Assembly (NCBI GenBank): GCA_964016885.1
Contig: OZ024766.1
Span: 16,926,001 to 16,990,000, forward strand
Length of the DNA: 64,000 nt
Direction: 5' to 3'
From: Eledone cirrhosa
Taxonomy: Eukaryota
In this document: piece by piece, positions 40,608 through 52,254 of the stretch
How the letters are laid out: every line of letters starts with the position of its first letter
How positions within the stretch are numbered: the stretch's first letter is position 1
The notes under the pieces: model-generated
What the model was told of the DNA's origin: nothing
Seen by the model: only the letters and a program-made list of their open reading frames with translations
Database searches by the model: none
Translations under genes and position numbers: made by a program

Positions 40608-43430
40608 TTAGAGAGTTACAAATATCTTATAGGAACTCTCCTATCTTCTCCATTCAAAGCCTATATAGAGAGTTACAAATACCTTATAGGAACTCTCCTC
40701 TGTCTTGTCCATTCACAGCCTATATAGAGAGTTACAAGTATCTTATAGGAACTCTCCTGTCTTCTCCATTCACAGCCTATATTGAGAGTTACAAATATCT
40801 TATAGGAACTCTCCTGTCTTCTCCCTTCACAGCCTATATTGAGAGTTACAAATATCTTATAGGAACTCTCCTGTCTTCTCCCTTCACAGCCTATATAGAG
40901 AGTTACAAATACCTTATAGGAACTCTCCTCTGTCTTCTCCCTTCACAGCCTATATAGAGAGTTACAAATATCTTATAGGAACTCTGTCTTCTCCCTTCAC
41001 AGCCTATATTAAGAGTTACAAATATATTATAGGCACTCTCCTGTGTTTTGTCCATTCACAGCCTGTATTGTGAGTTACAAATATCATATGAGCTCTCCTC
41101 TGTCTTGTCCATTCACACCCTATATTGAGAGTTACAAATATCTTATAGGAACTCTCCTCTGTCTTCTCCATTCACAGCCTATATAGAGCGTTACAAATAT
41201 CTTATAGGAACTCTCCTGTCTTCTCCATTCACAGCCTATATAGAGCGTTACAAATATCTTATAGGAACTCTCCTGTCTTCTCCCTTCACAGCCTATATTA
41301 AGAGTTACAAATATATTATAGGAACTCTCCTGTCTTCTCCCTTCACAGCCTATATTGAGAGTTACAAATACCTTATAGGAACTCTCCTGTCTTCTCCCTT
41401 CACAGCCTATATAGAGAGTTACAAATATCTTATAGGAACTCTCCTGTCTTCTCCCTTCACAGCCTATATTGAGAGTTACAAATACCTTATAGGAACTCTC
41501 CTGTCTTCTCCCTTCACAGCCTATATAGAGAGTTACAAATATCTTATAGGAACTCTCCTGTCTTCTCCCTTCACAGCCTATATTGAGAGTTACAAATACC
41601 TTATAGGAACTCTCCTGTCTTCTCCCTTCACAGCCTATATAGAGAGTTACAAATATCTTATAGGAACTCTCCTGTCTTCTCCCTTCACAGCCTATATTGA
41701 GAGTTACAAATACCTTATAGGAACTCTCCTCTGTCTTGTCCATTCACAGCCTGTATTGAGAGTTACAAATATCATATGAGCTCTCCTCTGTCTTGTCCAT
41801 TCACAGCCTATATTGAGAGTTACAAATATCTTATAGGAACTCTCCTCTGTCTTCTCCATTCACAGCCTATATAGAGAGTTACAAATATCTTATAGGAACT
41901 CTCCTGTCTTCTCCCTTCACAGCCTATATAGAGAGTTACAAATATCTTATAGGAACTCTGTCTTCTCCCTTCACAGCCTATATTAAGAGTTACAAATATA
42001 TTATAGGCACTCTCCTGTGTTTTGTCCATTCACAGCCTGTATTGTGAGTTACAAATATCATATGAGCTCTCCTCTGTCTTGTCCATTCACACCCTATATT
42101 GAGAGTTACAAATATCTTATAGGAACTCTCCTCTGTCTTCTCCATTCACAGCCTATATAGAGCGTTACAAATATCTTATAGGAACTCTCCTGTCTTCTCC
42201 ATTCACAGCCTATATAGAGCGTTACAAATATCTTATAGGAACTCTCCTGTCTTCTCCCTTCACAGCCTATATTAAGAGTTACAAATATATTATAGGAACT
42301 CTCCTGTCTTCTCCCTTCACAGCCTATATTGAGAGTTACAAATACCTTATAGGAACTCTCCTGTCTTCTCCCTTCACAGCCTATATAGAGAGTTACAAAT
42401 ATCTTATAGGAACTCTCCTCTGTCTTCTCCATTCACAGCCTATATAGAGCATTACAAATATCTTATAGGAACTCTCCTGTCTTCTCCGTTCACAGCCTAT
42501 ATAGAGAGTTACAAATATCTTATAGGAACTCTCCTCTGTCTTCTCCATTCACAGCCTATATTGAGAGTTACAAATACCTTATAGGAACTCTCCTGTCTTC
42601 TCCGTTCACAGCCTATATTGAGTTACAAATACCTTATAGGAACTCTCCTGTCTTCTCCATTCACAGCCTATATTAAGAGTTACAAATATATTATAGGCAC
42701 TCTCCTGTGTTTTGTCCATTCACAGCCTGTATTGTGAGTTACAAATATCATATGAGCTCTCCTCTGTCTTGTCCATTCACAGCCTATATTGAGAGTTACA
42801 AATATCTTATAGGAACTCTCCTCTGTCTTCTCCATTCACAGCCTATATAAAGCGTTACAAATATCTTATAGGAACTTTCCTGTCTTCTCCCTTCACAGCC
42901 TATATAGAGAGTTACAAATATCTTATAGGAACTCTCCTGTCTTCTCCCTTCACAGCCTATATTGAGAGTTACAAATACCTTATAGGAACTCTCCTGTCTT
43001 CTCCCTTCACAGCCTATATTAAGAGTTACAAATATATTATAGGCACTCTGTGTTTTGTCCATTCACAGCCTGTATTGTGAGTTACAAATATCATATGAGC
43101 TCTCCTCTGTCTTGTCCATTCACAGCCTATATTGAGAGTTACAAATATATTATAGGAACTCTCCTGTCTTCTCCCTTCACAGCCTATATTGAGAGTTACA
43201 AATACCTTATAGGAACTCTCCTGTCTTCTCCATTCACAGCCTATATAGAGCGTTACAAATATCTTATAGGAACTCCCCTGTCTTCTCCATTCACAGCCTA
43301 TATAGAGCGTTACAAATATATTATAGGAACTCTCCTGTCTTCTCCATTCACAGCCTATATAGAGAGTTACAAATATCTTATAGGAACTCTCCTGTCTTCT
43401 CCCTTCACAGCCTATATAGAGAGTTACAAA
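40608..43430 (+). repeat. 57-bp minisatellite (~49 copies) whose unit spans the exon 4 splice acceptor
   Basis: Unit cctatatagagagttacaaatatcttataggaactctcctgtcttctcccttcacag; the last copy supplies the acceptor and first ~20 nt of exon 4. Confidence 0.95.
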
Positions 43431-43540
43431 TGCCTACAAGAAGAGCACATCAGTGATGGAATACAACGGTGTATCAAGATTGGTGTGAAGACTTCCAACG
43501 ATGTATTAGAGACAGATAAGTCTAAGAGGGACGCATGTAT
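43411..43540 (+). CDS. Membrane protein exon 4
   Basis: cccttcacag| (S)YIESYKCLQEEHISDGIQRCIKIGVKTSNDVLETDKSKRDAC |gtaagt; phase 1->2; homologous to exon 8. Confidence 0.85.
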
Positions 43541-43547
43541 GTAAGTA

Positions 43548-44412
43548 TTGGTGGTGGTGTGGTGTGGTGTGGTGTGGTGGTGTGGTGTGGTGTGGTGGTG
43601 TGGTGGTGGGGTGAGCTGTGGTGGTGAACAGTGGTGGTGTGGTGTGGTGTCGTGGTGGTGTTGTACACCACACTACACCACACCAAACCACCACTACACT
43701 ACACCACCACACCACACCAAACACCACCACACCACACCATACTACACTACACCACACTACACCAAACCACACTAAACACAACACTACACTACACTACACC
43801 ACACTACACCACACCACACTACACCATACACCACCACACCACACTACACTACACTACACTACACCACACCACACCACACTACACCACACCAAACAACACA
43901 ACACTACACCACACCACATCACACCACACTACACCACACCACACCACACCATACTACACCACACCACACCACACTACACCAAACAACACCACACCACACC
44001 ACACTACACCAAACAACACCACACCACACCACACCACACCACACAGCACCACACCACACTACACCAAACAACACCACACCACACCACACTACACCAAACA
44101 ACACAACACTACACCACACCACACAACACCACACCACACTACACCAAACAACACCACACCACACCACACTACACCAAACAACACAACACTACACCACACC
44201 ACACAACACCACACCACACCACACTACACCACACCACACCACACCACACCAAACAACACAACACCACACCACACCACACCAAACAACACAACACTACACT
44301 ACACCACACCACACCACACCACACCACACCAAACAACACCACACCACACCAAACAACACAACACTACACCACACCACACAACACTACACCACACCACACA
44401 ACACCACACCAC
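43548..44412. repeat. (GTGTG)n switching to (CACAC)n low-complexity tract
   Basis: Visible directly; strand switch near 43664. Confidence 0.93.
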
Positions 44413-44446
44413 ATACTTCAACCTATACTGCATTCTTTTCTTCCAG

Positions 44447-44637
44447 GAGAATGTTAAAGACATCAGACTGTGTCAACAAATACTCGGGACGGTGTGGACC
44501 CCTTGCTGTGACATTTGTAGGAGAGCTGGCCGAGAGGTTCCTGAAAAGCCCTCGCGGGGTGAAACTCGACTGTAAGAAGGTTAATGACTATGGCACCACG
44601 AGTGACAGTTCCCATCGCAGAAATGACAGCACCACAG
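44447..44637 (+). CDS. Membrane protein exon 5
   Basis: ttcttccag| (M)RMLKTSDCVNKYSGRCGPLAVTFVGELAERFLKSPRGVKLDCKKVNDYGTTSDSSHRRNDSTT |gtgagt; phase 2->1. Confidence 0.88.
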
Positions 44638-44643
44638 GTGAGT

Positions 44644-45453
44644 TACTACTACCACCACCACTGCTACTGTTACTACTGCTACTACTGTTGCTACTAATAC
44701 TGCTACTACCACCACCACCACTGCTACTACTGCTGCTACTACTACTGTTGCTACTACTACTACTACCACCACTGTTACTACTGTTACTGTTACTACTACC
44801 ACTCCCACCACCACGACTGCTACTACCACTACCACCACCACTGCTACTACCACTACTGCTACTACCACCACTACTGCTACTACCACTACTACTAATACTA
44901 CTACCACTACTAATAATAATAATACTACCACCACTACTACCACTACTAATAATAATAATACTACCACCACTACTACCACCACCACCACTATCACTACTAC
45001 CACTACCACTGCTACTACTACTGCTGCTACTACTACTACTGTTGCTACTAATACTGCTACTACCACCACCACCACTGCTACTACTGCTGCTACTACTACT
45101 GTTGCTACTACTACTACTACCACCACTGTTACTACTGTTACTGTTACTACTACCACTACTACTACCACCACCACGACTGCTACTACCACTACCACCACCA
45201 CTGCTACTACCACTACTGCTACTACCACCACTACTGCTACTACCACTACTACTAATACTACTACCACTACTAATAATAATAATACTACCACCACTACTAC
45301 CACTACTAATAATAATAATACTACCACCACTACTACCACCACCACCACCACTACTATCACTACTACCACTACTACTAATGTTGCTACTACTACTACCACC
45401 ACCACCACTATCACTACTACTACTGTCACTATCACTACTACTACTACTACTAC
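44644..45453. repeat. (CTA/CCA)n tract with an internal ~360-bp duplication
   Basis: Visible directly. Confidence 0.93.
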
Positions 45454-45587
45454 ATGGCTGAATACAATAAATGTAATCTGAGTTTTTCGAATATTAATAA
45501 TAACATTCGATTCGTTTGCAATTATGCAAACAAGCCTCATTTTTAAAGCCATGTCAGTAGAATGAACACTTCATTCTTGCTCTTGTG

Positions 45588-45668
45588 TTGGCATGTGAAC
45601 AGAACTGCAGACACTAATGTTTCTGGGTGATCACCCTTCATCAGTACAGCTCACTGTTCACCTGCCAA
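45588..45668 (-). ncRNA. Type I hammerhead ribozyme motif (left arm copy)
   Basis: Exact reverse complement of 46244-46324. Confidence 0.83.
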
Positions 45669-45937
45669 ACTGTCAGAGTAATTGAAAATATATGATATTT
45701 TCTAAAATATACAGTGACTGATTGGCCAGATTTGCATATTCTACTGACATGGCTTCTTTAAAAACGAGGCTTGTTTGCATAATTGCAAATGAATTGAATA
45801 TTATTATTTATATTCGAAAAACTCAGATTACATTTATTGTATTGAGCCATTGTAGAGCGATAACTATTTGTTAGTTATTTTAATTTGGCAAAGCCGGCCA
45901 TTTATCGCTTGTAGACAGGAAACTGACTGGCCTGTCT

Positions 45938-46195
45938 GCTGATATGCATATCTGGCTGATCAGGGGATCAGCTAATATGCAAATCTGGCTGATCAGTGGA
46001 TCAGCTAATATGCAAATCTGGCTGATCAGTGGATCAGCTGATATGCAAATCTGGCTGATCAGGGGATCAGCTAATATGCAAATCTGGCTGATCAGTGGAT
46101 CTGCTAATATGCAAATCTGGCTGATCAGGGGATCAGCTAATATGCAGATCTGACTGATCAGCCAGTCTGCTAATATGCAAATCTGGCTGATCAGC
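45938..46195 (+). repeat. 33-bp tandem repeat (~8 copies) carrying the octamer ATGCAAAT
   Basis: gctaatatgcaaatctggctgatcagtggatca. Confidence 0.9.
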
Positions 46196-46243
46196 CACTG
46201 TATATTTTAGAAAATATCATATATTTTCACTAGCTCTGACAGT

Positions 46244-46324
46244 TTGGCAGGTGAACAGTGAGCTGTACTGATGAAGGGTGATCACCCAGAAACATTAGTG
46301 TCTGCAGTTCTGTTCACATGCCAA
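46244..46324 (+). ncRNA. Type I hammerhead ribozyme motif (predicted GUC cleavage after 46302)
   Basis: ttggcag-gtgaacag-tg-agctgta-CTGATGA-a-GGGTGatCACCC-a-GAA-ACATTAGTGT-C-tgcagtt-ctgttcac-atgccaa: ~21-bp bulged helix I, near-palindromic helix III. Confidence 0.85.
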
Positions 46325-46535
46325 CACAAGAGCAAGAATGAAGGGTTCATTCTACTTACATGGCTTTAAAAATGAGGCTTGTTTGCATAATTGCAAATGA
46401 ATCGAATGTTGTTATTAATATTCGAAAAACTCAGATTTTTATTGTTACTGTTTTTGTTGTTGTTACTGTTGTTTTTACTGTTGTTGTTGCTACTGATGTT
46501 GTTGTTGTTATCTAACCCCCCACCCCACCCACCAG

Positions 46536-46677
46536 TGGTAAACCAGTGCACCGAGACCTACATTGAGAAAAAACTCCGTAAATGTGTGAAACTCCTACAT
46601 GCTGAGGCTGATCTGGGGCAAATTATCAACATCACGGGACCAATATGGACAGAGAAACAGATCAATATGATATGCAA
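46536..46677 (+). CDS. Membrane protein exon 6
   Basis: cccaccag| (V)VNQCTETYIEKKLRKCVKLLHAEADLGQIINITGPIWTEKQINMIC |gtaggt; phase 1->2; homologous to exon 2. Confidence 0.88.
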
Positions 46678-47132
46678 GTAGGTATATTTATTTATTGATA
46701 CATTGATTGATTTGTCAGTCTCTCAGAACTCCCTCAGTCAAACATTTCTCTGCAGTTACATATACTCCGAAAAGGGAATTTCATGTTCAAAATATTAGGA
46801 CAAAAGAAACCATAAAACAAATGGTTACCAAGTAACTTACTTCCCATGACCTTCATTCAAACGTTTCTCTGCAGTTACATATACTCCGAAAAGGGAATTT
46901 CATGTTCAAAATATTAGGACAAAAGAAACCATAAAACAAATGGTTACCAGGTAACTTACTTCCCATGACCTTCATTTTTCCGTCCATCTTGCATAGTTTA
47001 GCCTTATAGCACTTGGCACATTATAAATCTATAATATAATCTAAACTATAATAAAGTAAGGAGCGCGGGGCTGCATCCTAAATATATTTTTTTATCCCGT
47101 TAATAAAATAAGTTGGATTACTTTGAATAAAT

Positions 47133-47526
47133 AATTGTTTCTACTATTGGCACAAGGCCAGCAATTACCCCAGTGCATTACTGGTACTTTATTTTATCGA
47201 CCCCGTAAGGATGAAAGGCAAAGTTAACCTCGGCGGGATTTGAACTCAGATCATAAAGGGACATAACTATGCTGCAAAGCATGGCGTCCGACCCTCTACC
47301 GATACTGCCAATCCACCACCTTATAATCCTATATATAATTGTTTCTACTTTAGGCACAAGGCCAGCAATTACCCCAGTGCATTACTGGTACTTTATTTTA
47401 TCGACCCCGTAAGGATGAAAGGCAAAGTTAACCTCGGCGGGATTTGAACTCAGATCGTAAAGGGACGTAACTATGCGTCAAAGCATGGGGTCCGACCTTC
47501 TACCGATACTGCCAATCCACCACCAT
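47133..47526 (-). mobile_element. Two tandem full-length type B tRNA-SINE copies (~204-bp period)
   Basis: Minus-strand head ggtggattggcagtatcggtagag...gagttcaaatcccgccgaggttaac, same body as 8389. Confidence 0.82.
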
Positions 47527-47668
47527 ATAATCCTATATATAATGATTGCTTATTTTAAGATTCACTTCTTTTAAAATTTTCAAATGTCTAGACTTCCGGT
47601 TATGATATAATGGACGGTATATTGTAATGCTTATATAAATGTTCATATATTTGCATCGTTATAGGTGT

Positions 47669-48493
47669 GGAGGCACATGGCTTAGTGGTTAGAGCATTGG
47701 CCTTGCAATCGAAAGGTTGTGAGTTCAATTCTCAGACCGGGTGATGTGTTGTTTCCTTGAGCAAGACACTTTATTTCACATTGCTCCAGTTTACTCAGCT
47801 GTAGAAATGAGATGATAGGGACTGGGCTCCCTATCATTCCACTGCAAAGTGGTCGTGGAGGTGCCACGGCAAAAAAGCACCCAGCACTCACTGTAAAGTG
47901 GTCGTGGAGGTGCCACGTCAAAAAAGCACCCAGCACTCACTGTAAAGTGGTCGTGGAGGTGCCACGTCAAAAAAGCACCCAGCACTCACTGTAAAGTGGT
48001 CGTGGAGGTGCCACGGCAAAAAAGCACCCAGCACTCACTGTAAAGTGGTCGTGGAGGTGCCACAGCAAAAAAGCACCCAGCACTCACTGTAAAGTGGTCG
48101 TGGAGGCGCCACAGCAAAAAAGCACCCAGCACTCACTGTAAAGTGGTCGTGGAGGTGCTACGGCAAAAAAGCACCCAGCACTCACTGTAAAGTGGTCGTG
48201 GAGGTGCCACGGTAAAAAAGCCCCCAGCCCAGACTGTAAAGTGGTCGTGGAGGTGCCACGGCAAAAAAGCACCCAGCCCACACTGTAAAGTGGTCGTGGA
48301 GGTGCCACGGCAAAAAAGCACCCAGCACTCACTGTAAAGTGGTCGTGGAGGTGCCACGGCATAAAAGCACCCAGCACTCACTGTAAATGAGGTTGGCGTT
48401 AGGAAGGGCATCCAGCTGTAGAAATCAAGCCAGAATCAGTTCCCGTCCCACCCTTGCAAGCAGGGAAAAGCAGACGTAAAATGATGATGATGA
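47669..48493 (+). mobile_element. Type A SINE (tRNA head, CORE-like segment, ~11 x 49-bp array, RTE tail)
   Basis: A and B boxes; ccttgagcaagacacttt segment; array; (atg)n tail. Confidence 0.88.
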
Positions 48494-48519
48494 TATATAC
48501 ATATACATATAAATACATA

Positions 48520-48687
48520 TCATCATCATCATTATTTTACGTCCACGTTTCCCTGCTTGCAAGGGTGGGACGGGTCCTATTCAGCACAGCATCTCTCCAC
48601 TTGTCACGGTCCTCCGTCATCTCCACCGTGAGCTTCAGCGATCTGAGGCCAGCTCTCACCACCTCCACCCATGTTTTTCGTGGTCTA
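48520..48687 (-). mobile_element. RTE LINE 3' end fragment
   Basis: RPRKTWVEVVRAGLRSLKLTVEMTEDRDKWRDAVLNRTRPTLAS plus (gat)n. Confidence 0.85.
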
Positions 48688-48726
48688 TACATGTACATAT
48701 ATATATATATACACACACACACATAA

Positions 48727-49207
48727 CTTTCATTCTTACGGGGTTGATAAAATAAAGTACCAGTAATACACTGGGGTAATTGCTGGCCTTGTGCCTAAAG
48801 TAGAAACAATTATTACAGGGTTGATAAAATAAAGTACCAGTAATACACTGGGGTAATTGCTGGCCCTGTGCCTAAAGTAGAAACAATTATTACAGGGTTG
48901 ATAAAATAAAGTACCAGTAATACACTGGGGTAATTGCTGGCCTTGTGCCTCCAAAAGTAGAAACAATTATTACGGGGTTGATAAAATAAAGTACCAGTAA
49001 TACACTGGGGTTATTGCTGGCCTTGTGCCAAAAGTAGAAACAATTATTACAGGGTTGATAAAATAAAGTACCAGTAATACACTGGGGTAATTGCTGGCCT
49101 TGTGCCCCCAAAAGTAGAAACAGTTATTACGGGGTTGATAAAATAAAGTACCAGTAATACACTGGGGTAATTGCTGGCCTTGTGCCTAAAGTAGAAACAA
49201 TTATTAT
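48727..49207 (+). repeat. ~6 x 77-bp array of the type B SINE 3' half
   Basis: gggttgataaaataaagtaccagtaatacactggggtaattgctggccttgtgcctaaagtagaaacaattattac repeated. Confidence 0.9.
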
Positions 49208-49286
49208 AAATGATGATTAGTGGAAAATATTGTTGTTGCTGTTGTTAATGTTATTTATATATATATATATATTCCCCACCCCCCAG

Positions 49287-49411
49287 GAATCTACCCCTGT
49301 TCAAACCCTGTCCTGAGAGAATCTTCGAAAGCTGTGACATTCAAAAGATGAGGATGCTGGGCAAAGTCACCAATGCCATCTTGGATTATATTTGTCGGGA
49401 GGGTTATAGAG
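49287..49411 (+). CDS. Membrane protein exon 7
   Basis: cccccag| (K)NLPLFKPCPERIFESCDIQKMRMLGKVTNAILDYICREGYR |gtaagt; 125 nt, same length and phases as exon 3. Confidence 0.88.
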
Positions 49412-49480
49412 GTAAGTATCTTTAAATATACTGAGTGTGTGTTTATATATACATATTTTTTCATAATGGCACATTTCTAT

Positions 49481-50485
49481 GGAGGCACATGGCTTAGTGG
49501 TTAGAGCATTGGCCTTGCAATTGAAAGGTTGTGAGTTCAATTCTCAGACCGGGTGATGTGTTGTTTCCTTGAGCAAGACACTTTATTTCACATTGCTCCA
49601 GTTTACTCAGCTGTAGAAATGAGATGATAGGGACTGGGGTCCGTGGAGGTGCCACGGCAAAAAAACACCCAGCACTCACTGTAAAGTGGTCGTGGAGGTG
49701 CCACGGCAAAAAGGCACCCAGCACTCACTGTAAAGTGGTCGTGGAGGTGCCACGGCAAAAAGGCACCCAGCACCCACTGTAAAGTGGTCGTGGAGGTGCC
49801 ACGGCAAAAAGGCACCCAGCACTCACTGTAAAGTTTTTCGTGGAGGTGCCACGGCAAAAAAGCACCCAGCCCACACTGTAAAGTGGTCGTGGAGGTGCCA
49901 CGGCAAAAAAGCACCCAGCACTCACTGTAAAGTGGTCGTGGAGGTGTCACGGCAAAAAAGTACCCAGCACTCACTGTAAAGTGGTCGTGGAGGTGCCATG
50001 GCAAAAAGGCACCCAGCACTCACTGTAAAGTGGTCGTGGAGGTGCCATGGCAAAAAGGCACCCAGCACTCACTGTAAAGTGGTCGTGTAGGTGCCACAGC
50101 AAAGAAGCACCCAGCACTCACTGTAAAGTGGTCGTGGAGGTGCCACAGCAAAAAAGCACCCAGCACTCACTGTAAAGTTTTTCGTGGAGGTGCCACGGCA
50201 AAAAAGCACCCAGCACTCACTGTAAAGTGGTCGTGGAGGTGCCATGGCAAAAAGGCACCCAGCACTCACTGTAAAGTGGTCGTGTAGGTGCCACAGCAAA
50301 GAAGCACCCAGCACTCACTGTAAAGTGGTCGTGGAGGTGCCACAGCAAAACAAAGCACCCAGCACTCACTGTAAATGAGGTTGGTGTTAGGAAGGGCATC
50401 CAGCTGTAGAAATCAAGCCAGAATCAGTTCCTGTCCCACTCTTGCAAGCAGGGAAAAGCAGACGTAAAAAGAAATGATGATGATG
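49481..50485 (+). mobile_element. Type A SINE with ~15 x 49-bp array
   Basis: As 47669-48493. Confidence 0.88.
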
Positions 50486-50591
50486 AAGTCGATCGACTTC
50501 TGTTAAATCGGACCGAGGAAACAATGTTTCCATTGGTCTTTCCAGTTGTTAATACTATCTATCGGTCGCAACTCCAGATAGAAGGAGCAAC

Positions 50592-51895
50592 GTGGACTGG
50601 GTGCTTTTTTACCGTGGCACCTACATGTCCACTTTACAGTGTGGACTGGGTGCTTTTTGTTGTGACACCTACATGACCACTTTACAGTGTGGACTGGGTG
50701 TTTTTTGTTGTGACATCTACATGACCACTTTACAGTGTGGACTGGGTACCTTTTGTTGTGACACCTACATGACCACTTTACAGAGTGGACTGGGTACCTT
50801 TTGTTGTGACACCTACATGACCACTTTACAGTGTGGACTGGGTACCTTTTGTTGTGACACCTACATGACCATTTTACAGTGTGGACTGGGTACTTTTTGT
50901 TGTGACACCTACATGACCACTTTACAGTGTGGACTGGGTACTTTTTGTTGTGACACCTACATGACCACTTTACAGTGTGGACTGGGTGTTTTTCGTCATG
51001 ACACCTACATGACCACTTTACAGTGTGGACTGGGTACTTTTTGTCATGACACCTACATGACCACTTTACAGTGTGGACTGGGTGCTTCTTGTAGTGACAC
51101 CTACATGACCAGTTTACAGTGTGGACTGGGTATCTTTTGTCATGACACCTACATGACCACTTTACAGTGTGGACTGGGTATCTTTTGTCATGACACCTAC
51201 ATGACCACTTTACAGTGTGGACTGGGTGTTTTTTGTCATGACACCTACATGACCACTTTACAGTGTGGACTGGGTACTTTTTGTCATGACACCTACATGA
51301 CCACTTTACAGTGTGGACTGGGTACTTTTTGTTGTGACACCTACATGACCACTTTACAGTGTGGACTGGGTACTTTTTGTCGTGACACCTACATGACCAC
51401 TTTACAGTGTGGACTGGGTACTTTTTGTAGTGATACCCACATGATCACTTTACAGAGTGGACTGGGTACTTTTTGTCATGACACCTACATGACCACTTTA
51501 CAGTGTGGACTGGGTGCTTCTTGTAGTGACACCTACATGACCACTTTACAGAGTGGACTGGGTACTTTTTGTAGTGACACCTACATGACCACTTTACAGT
51601 GTGGACTGGGTGCTTCTTGTAGTGACACCTACATGACCAGTTTACAGTGTGGACTGGGTACTTTTTGTCATGACACCTACATGACCACTTTACAGTGTGG
51701 ACTGGGTGCTTCTTGTCATGACACCTACATGACCACTTTACAGTGTGGACTGGGTACTTTTTGTCATGACACCTACATGACCACTTTACAGTGTGGACTG
51801 GGTACTTTTTGTCATGACACCTACATGACCACTTTACAGCGTGGACTGGGTGCTTCTTGTTGTGACACCCACATGACCAGTTTACAGTGTGGACA
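50592..51895 (-). repeat. 48-bp diverged type A SINE-unit array (~27 copies), inverted orientation
   Basis: gtggactgggtactttttgtcatgacacctacatgaccactttacagt is a reverse-complement homolog of the 49-bp unit. Confidence 0.9.
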
Positions 51896-52091
51896 GGAGT
51901 CATGTTGTCTATACGCTTCAGCATTCCGCTTGTACCCGTGGGAAGTCGGCTCTGCAATGTCCTCCACAAAGTGAAGGTGGGTGAGTTATCTAGAAGGGTT
52001 TCTAGAGCTGATGCGGGGGTTTGATGGCTATTGATATAGTCACATGTCATTGGTATAGTCACCGTCACTCAACCTCCCCCTCTCTCTCCAG

Positions 52092-52230
52092 TCTACCTCA
52101 GGGTTTTCACCTGTCTTTACACTGACGACTCAACCCGATCCATCATACAACACTGCGTTAGACATGTCTCCAGTGTAAACACCAACCAGTTCTATTTCAA
52201 CGGACAATACAACGAAGAGAAGATTTGCAA
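52092..52230 (+). CDS. Membrane protein exon 8
   Basis: ctctccag| (V)YLRVFTCLYTDDSTRSIIQHCVRHVSSVNTNQFYFNGQYNEEKIC |gtaagt; phase 1->2. Confidence 0.88.
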
Positions 52231-52254
52231 GTAAGTATCTGGTGTGGGTGGGCC

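Larger units (their letters stand above)
45454..46437. mobile_element. Hammerhead-bearing Penelope-like/retrozyme-like element: inverted arm plus direct-repeat monomer
   Basis: Arms 45475-45740 / 46172-46437 are reverse complements; direct repeat 45738.. vs 46349.. (period 611); central 33-bp repeats. Confidence 0.78.

Noticed and set aside
46740-46976. 119-bp direct duplication with acceptor- and donor-like motifs
   Set aside because: In-frame TAG in the required phase; exons 6 and 7 already join cleanly.
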